From Clostridia bacterium (GTDB taxonomy: Bacteria > Bacillota > Clostridia > Christensenellales > Aristaeellaceae), in assembly GCA_036834245.1 (NCBI GenBank), contig DAITOE010000001.1, positions 1 to 44,864 of the forward strand: a stretch of 44,864 bases of DNA. The letters are read 5' to 3'. The notes below the pieces were generated by a model. That model worked only from the letters and a program-made list of their open reading frames with translations, ran no database searches and was not told the DNA's origin. Shown here piece after piece: positions 41,781-44,864 of the stretch (its first letter is position 1; each line of letters starts with the position of its first letter). The position numbers and the translations under genes are program-made.

Positions 41781-41844
41781 AGCTGCCTCCTTGTATACAA
41801 TGCTCACCATCATCCTATCACGCTGGTATAGGAGGGGTCAAGAA

Positions 41845-41870
41845 AGGCGCGGTCGGGAAGGGCCGCGCCT
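41845..41870 (-). terminator. Hairpin AGGCGCGG...CCGCGCCT after the VWA gene
   Basis: An 8-bp GC stem with a 10-nt loop. On the minus strand it is followed by TTCTTGA. It lies 20 nt downstream of the VWA stop. Confidence 0.45.
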
Positions 41871-41889
41871 GGTTTAGGGCCTTCTGGTG

Positions 41890-42540
41890 TCAACTAGAGC
41901 GCTTTTTCCTGCTGCCCCGCTCCTTGATGTCCCGGTCCCAGTCCTGGGGGATGGGACGGCTGGCCCGCACTTCCGAGGCCAGGCGGCTGACGGCGTCAAA
42001 ATTCATCCCCACCCCCTGGGGGTCGTTCATGTAGGTCTGGGCGCGGTCCGGGGAGAAGCCGTAGCCCTCGGCCACCTGGATGGCATCCATGTTGGCCCCC
42101 AGGAAGATGAACTCCCAGCCCATCTGCCGGCGGCTGTGCACCAGTTGCACAACCTGCTCTCGGGTGAAGCGCCGGCTGGCGTTTTCCATGCCGTCGGTGA
42201 TGATGACAAACAGCACTTGGTGAGGACGGTGCTCCGGGTCGGTAGCGGCCATGACCCGGTCCACCTTCTGGATGCTTTTGCCCATGGCGTCCAGCAGGGC
42301 GGTGCTGCCCCGGACGAAATAGCTGTCCGGGTTCAGGGGGGAGACGGCGGCCAGGTCCAGGCGGTCGTGGATGAACTCATGGGCGTTGTCAAACAGCAAG
42401 GTGGTGACCCGGGCCTGGCCGGGCTGGGCCTGCTGCTTTTTCAGCATGGCGTTGAAGCCGCCGATGGTGTCGGCTTCCAGGCCGGCCATGGAGCCGCTGC
42501 GGTCCAGGATGAAGACCAGTTCGGTGATGTTGGTTGTCAT
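41890..42540 (-). CDS. von Willebrand factor type A (VWA) domain protein, cytoplasmic, 216 aa
   Basis: The start MTTNITELVFILDRSGSM at 42540 lies 8 nt after GGAGGA. MIDAS residues are present: DRSGS, GSTAL, ITDGMEN. Confidence 0.8.
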   Translation of the reverse strand: MTTNITELVFILDRSGSMAGLEADTIGGFNAMLKKQQAQPGQARVTTLLFDNAHEFIHDRLDLAAVSPLNPDSYFVRGSTALLDAMGKSIQKVDRVMAATDPEHRPHQVLFVIITDGMENASRRFTREQVVQLVHSRRQMGWEFIFLGANMDAIQVAEGYGFSPDRAQTYMNDPQGVGMNFDAVSRLASEVRASRPIPQDWDRDIKERGSRKKRSS

Positions 42541-42627
42541 AAAGGAAATCCTCCAATCAGTTGATGATTGAAGGATAGCGGGTTTCAAGGGGCCTGTGGT
42601 CGCCTGGCAGGCGACAAATCCCACGTG

Positions 42628-43656
42628 CTATGAAACCCCCAGCAGCTCCTGGTCATATTCAAAAAGGGCCAGGTTGATGTCGTCAATCCGGTAGATGCCC
42701 GCGTCGATGAAATAGCCCACGATGATGTCCTGCTTGTGGCTGGGGGAGAGGGCGTAGCCGGCCCGGGCCAGCAGGTCCTCCGTCTGCTCCCGGGTGAGTT
42801 CCAGGGCGATGCATAAGGCCAGCACCGTGCGCTTGCCGGGGGTGTAATTGGGGTTTGAGCGGATCTTGGAAAAATGCTTCCGGTCCAGGTTGGCTTTCTT
42901 GTAAGCCTGGGCATCGGTCATGCCCCTGGCATCGATGAGGCGCAGCAGGGTGGCGGAGAAGCCCTCGTCCATGTGCGCAAGGAGGGCGTCCAGCCCCAGG
43001 GCGGCTTTCTCGGAAATGGGCAGGGCCGGGGCCGCATCCATGGAGATTTCGGCCGCCAGGCTGTCCAGGTGGCGGAGGTCCCGCTGCTGCTGGGCTTCGT
43101 ACACCAGGCGCCTGGCCTGCTCCGTCTCCGCCTGTTGAAGAAGCAGGTCCAGGCGCTGCCGGAGGCCCGGGTCCAGCTGGGGGACGGCCTTGTCATACAG
43201 CACCAGGGTGACCTGCATTTCTTCCTGCTGGGTGGCCAGGAAATCCCGGATGCTCTGGGCGGCCACCTGCAGGGCCTCCTGCCGGGGGTAGCCATAGATG
43301 CCGGCGGAGATGAGGGGAAAGGCAATGGACTTTAGCCCCCGGGCCTCCGCCAGGCGCAGGGCGCTGGTGTAGGCGCCGCGCAGCAGGGCCTCCTCCCCCT
43401 GCTGGCCGCCCAGATAGACGGGGCCCACGGCGTGGATGACATATTGGGCCGGGAGGCCGAAGGCCGGGGTGATGACGGCCTCCCCCGTCCTGCAGCCGCC
43501 GATGTTGTCGCAGGCAGCCTGCAGTTGCTGGCGCCCGGCTGCTTGAAACAGCGCGCCGCAAACGCCGCCCCCCTCCGTAAGACGGGTGTTGGCGGCGTTC
43601 ACCAGGGCATCCGCTTTAAACAGGGTCAGGTCCCCTGTGACGATTTGAAACGGCAT
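42628..43656 (-). CDS. Macro-domain (MacroD/YmdB-type ADP-ribose-binding/hydrolase) protein fused to a C-terminal HTH-like domain
   Basis: The N-terminus is GDLTLFKADALVNAANTRLTEGGGVCGALF...VIHAVGPVY...IAFPLISAGIYGYP. The C-terminus, AYKKANLDRKHFSKIRSNPNYTPGKRTVLALCIALELTREQTEDLLARAGYALS, looks like an XRE-type HTH. Confidence 0.8.
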   Translation of the reverse strand: MPFQIVTGDLTLFKADALVNAANTRLTEGGGVCGALFQAAGRQQLQAACDNIGGCRTGEAVITPAFGLPAQYVIHAVGPVYLGGQQGEEALLRGAYTSALRLAEARGLKSIAFPLISAGIYGYPRQEALQVAAQSIRDFLATQQEEMQVTLVLYDKAVPQLDPGLRQRLDLLLQQAETEQARRLVYEAQQQRDLRHLDSLAAEISMDAAPALPISEKAALGLDALLAHMDEGFSATLLRLIDARGMTDAQAYKKANLDRKHFSKIRSNPNYTPGKRTVLALCIALELTREQTEDLLARAGYALSPSHKQDIIVGYFIDAGIYRIDDINLALFEYDQELLGVS

Positions 43657-43666
43657 GACAGGCTCC

Positions 43667-44032
43667 TTAGGGGGTTTCCCCTCGGCCCAGGGCTTCCGCC
43701 CAGGCTTTTTCGTTGAAGCCCACCAGCACGGTGTCCCCGTGCACCAGGATGGGCCGGCGCACCAGCATGCCGTCGGTGGCCAGGATCTGAAGCTGCTCCT
43801 CCTCGGTCATGTCCGGCAGCCGGGCGGACAGGTCCATGCCCCGGTACAATTGGCCGCTGGTGTTGAAGAAGCGCCGCAGGGGCAGCCCGCTTTTTTGATG
43901 GAAGTCCGCCAGCTGGGATGCATCGGGGTGGTGTTCCCGGATGTCCAATTCAGTGTAGGCAAGGCCCCTGCTGTCCAGGAAATCCCGGGCCTTTTTGCAG
44001 GTGGTGCAGACGGGGTGGCAGTAAAAGGTCAT
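43667..44032 (-). CDS. ArsC/Spx/YffB-family thioredoxin-fold protein
   Basis: 121 aa. It has MTFYCHPVCTTCKKARDFLDSRGLAYTELDI and RRPILV. There is a GGAGG RBS, and the stop lies 10 nt before the macro gene start. Confidence 0.8.
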   Translation of the reverse strand: MTFYCHPVCTTCKKARDFLDSRGLAYTELDIREHHPDASQLADFHQKSGLPLRRFFNTSGQLYRGMDLSARLPDMTEEEQLQILATDGMLVRRPILVHGDTVLVGFNEKAWAEALGRGETP

Positions 44033-44125
44033 GGTGTTCCTCCGATTATCAGGCTCGCAAAAAAACTGTACGCTAACCCCCGCGCATCGCTGTTAGGCGC
44101 GGGGTGCACAAACCTAAGGGGCGGA

Positions 44126-44509
44126 TCAGTCCCGGTAGGCGATCAGCTCAACCTCCACCAGGGCGCCCTTGGGCAGGCCCTTCACCGCCACGGTGGAGCG
44201 GGCGGGCTTGCTGATGAAGGCCTTGCCGTACACCTCGTTGAAGGCGGCAAAATTGGCCATGTCGGTGAGGAAACAGGTGGTCTTGATCACCTTGTCAAAA
44301 CCGCTGCCGGCGGCTTCCAGCACCGCCTGCAGGTTGGCGATGACCTGGGCGGTCTGCTCCGCGATGCCGCCTGCCACCAGTTCCCCGGTTTCGGGGACGA
44401 TGGGGGTCTGCCCGGAGAGGAAGAGGAGGTTTTCAAAGGCCATGGCGGCGGAATAGGGGCCCAGGGCGGCAGGGGCCTTGGGGGCGGTGACGGGGGTGAT
44501 TCTGTTCAT
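44126..44509 (-). CDS. ridA: RidA/YjgF-family reactive-intermediate deaminase
   Basis: The start is MNRITPVTAPKAPAALGPYSAA at 44509. It has FLSGQTP and TCFLTDMANFAAFNEVY, and ends ARSTVAVKGLPKGALVEVELIA. Confidence 0.85.
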   Translation of the reverse strand: MNRITPVTAPKAPAALGPYSAAMAFENLLFLSGQTPIVPETGELVAGGIAEQTAQVIANLQAVLEAAGSGFDKVIKTTCFLTDMANFAAFNEVYGKAFISKPARSTVAVKGLPKGALVEVELIAYRD

Positions 44510-44864
44510 CGGGATGCTCGCTTTCTCTGGGTATTTGCTGAATGGGGCACATCCTCCCCTGGGGGAGGCGTATTCAGCATAATCTGTGCTTATACTAAAC
44601 GCACTCATTCATGCTTCCATGAATCGGTGTTTTTGCGTCTCTGCGTCGTCTCATTCACTCAACGTAGGCTACGGCTACGCCTCGTTCATTCGACTTAGCA
44701 GAGCCATCAAAAATCCTCGATCCATGAGTGCATCAACTCGTGTGTTTAGTATCAATGTATCACAGCCGAAGGCCCCGCGCAAGAAAATGCCGGCAGGGAT
44801 CAGGCCCCCGCAGGGTAGACTGTATACAGGATTTTGCGGAAGACGGAGGGATGTGCCATGTACC

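Noticed and set aside
43655-44698. 347-aa plus-strand ORF covering the ArsC-family and ridA genes
   Set aside because: It is an antisense shadow over two well-supported minus-strand genes and their intergenic hairpin. The composition is Gly-rich low complexity.
44858-44864. ATG preceded by GGAGGGA at the extreme right edge, possible start of a plus-strand gene
   Set aside because: Only 7 nt are visible, so it cannot be supported as a feature.
1-44864. Searched for transposases, integrases, phage genes, tRNA/rRNA, CRISPR arrays, toxin-antitoxin pairs and known defence genes
   Set aside because: No ORF shows DDE, tyrosine or serine recombinase motifs, or capsid or terminase motifs. No cloverleaf-like sequences were seen in the intergenic gaps. 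There are no regularly spaced repeats. The only mobile-looking sequences are the short non-autonomous repeat families A and B.

Overview
This is a 44.9 kb, densely coding, high-GC segment that looks like a Clostridia/Oscillospirales-type gut anaerobe (taxonomy is inference only). I can support 39 CDS. I saw no rRNA, tRNA, CRISPR array, transposase, integrase or phage genes. The layout from left to right is as follows. (1) 1-8427: a PTS-independent MurNAc/anhydro-MurNAc catabolic operon. It holds a BadF-type kinase, murR, murQ, an S12 serine hydrolase and anmK, joined to an LplABC-type ABC importer. (2) 8605-13305, minus strand: a BceRS-BceAB-type peptide-antibiotic sensing and detoxification module. 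(3) rpiB. (4) 13.9-16.8 kb: a visibly lower-GC island encoding a 779-aa secreted protein with about 7 tandem Ig-like modules and a C-terminal dockerin. (5) 16.8-29.8 kb, the most interesting part. A stand-alone solute-binding protein is followed by an 11.3 kb, eight-gene, translationally coupled operon. That operon encodes a 961-aa binding protein with two CBM-like modules, two complete MalFG-like permease pairs, a membrane-anchored NHL-like propeller/TPR protein, a Yip1-family membrane protein and an 820-aa secreted DUF5696-like protein. It has no ATPase, regulator or recognisable glycoside hydrolase. (6) An esterase and an aquaporin. (7) A BMP/PnrA-type ABC importer with a translationally coupled URO-D-family gene. 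(8) A Cd/Zn-type P1B ATPase with a separate HMA protein and an ArsR/CadC-like regulator, interrupted by a divergent rubredoxin-fusion/4Fe-4S pair. (9) A VWA protein, a macro-domain-HTH fusion, an ArsC/Spx-family protein and RidA. Superimposed on all this are two related families of 65-95 nt intergenic repeats, three copies each. Every copy starts directly at the stop codon of the upstream gene with a G-rich GGACGG head and continues into conserved hairpins. All long antisense ORFs in the track are high-GC shadow frames.
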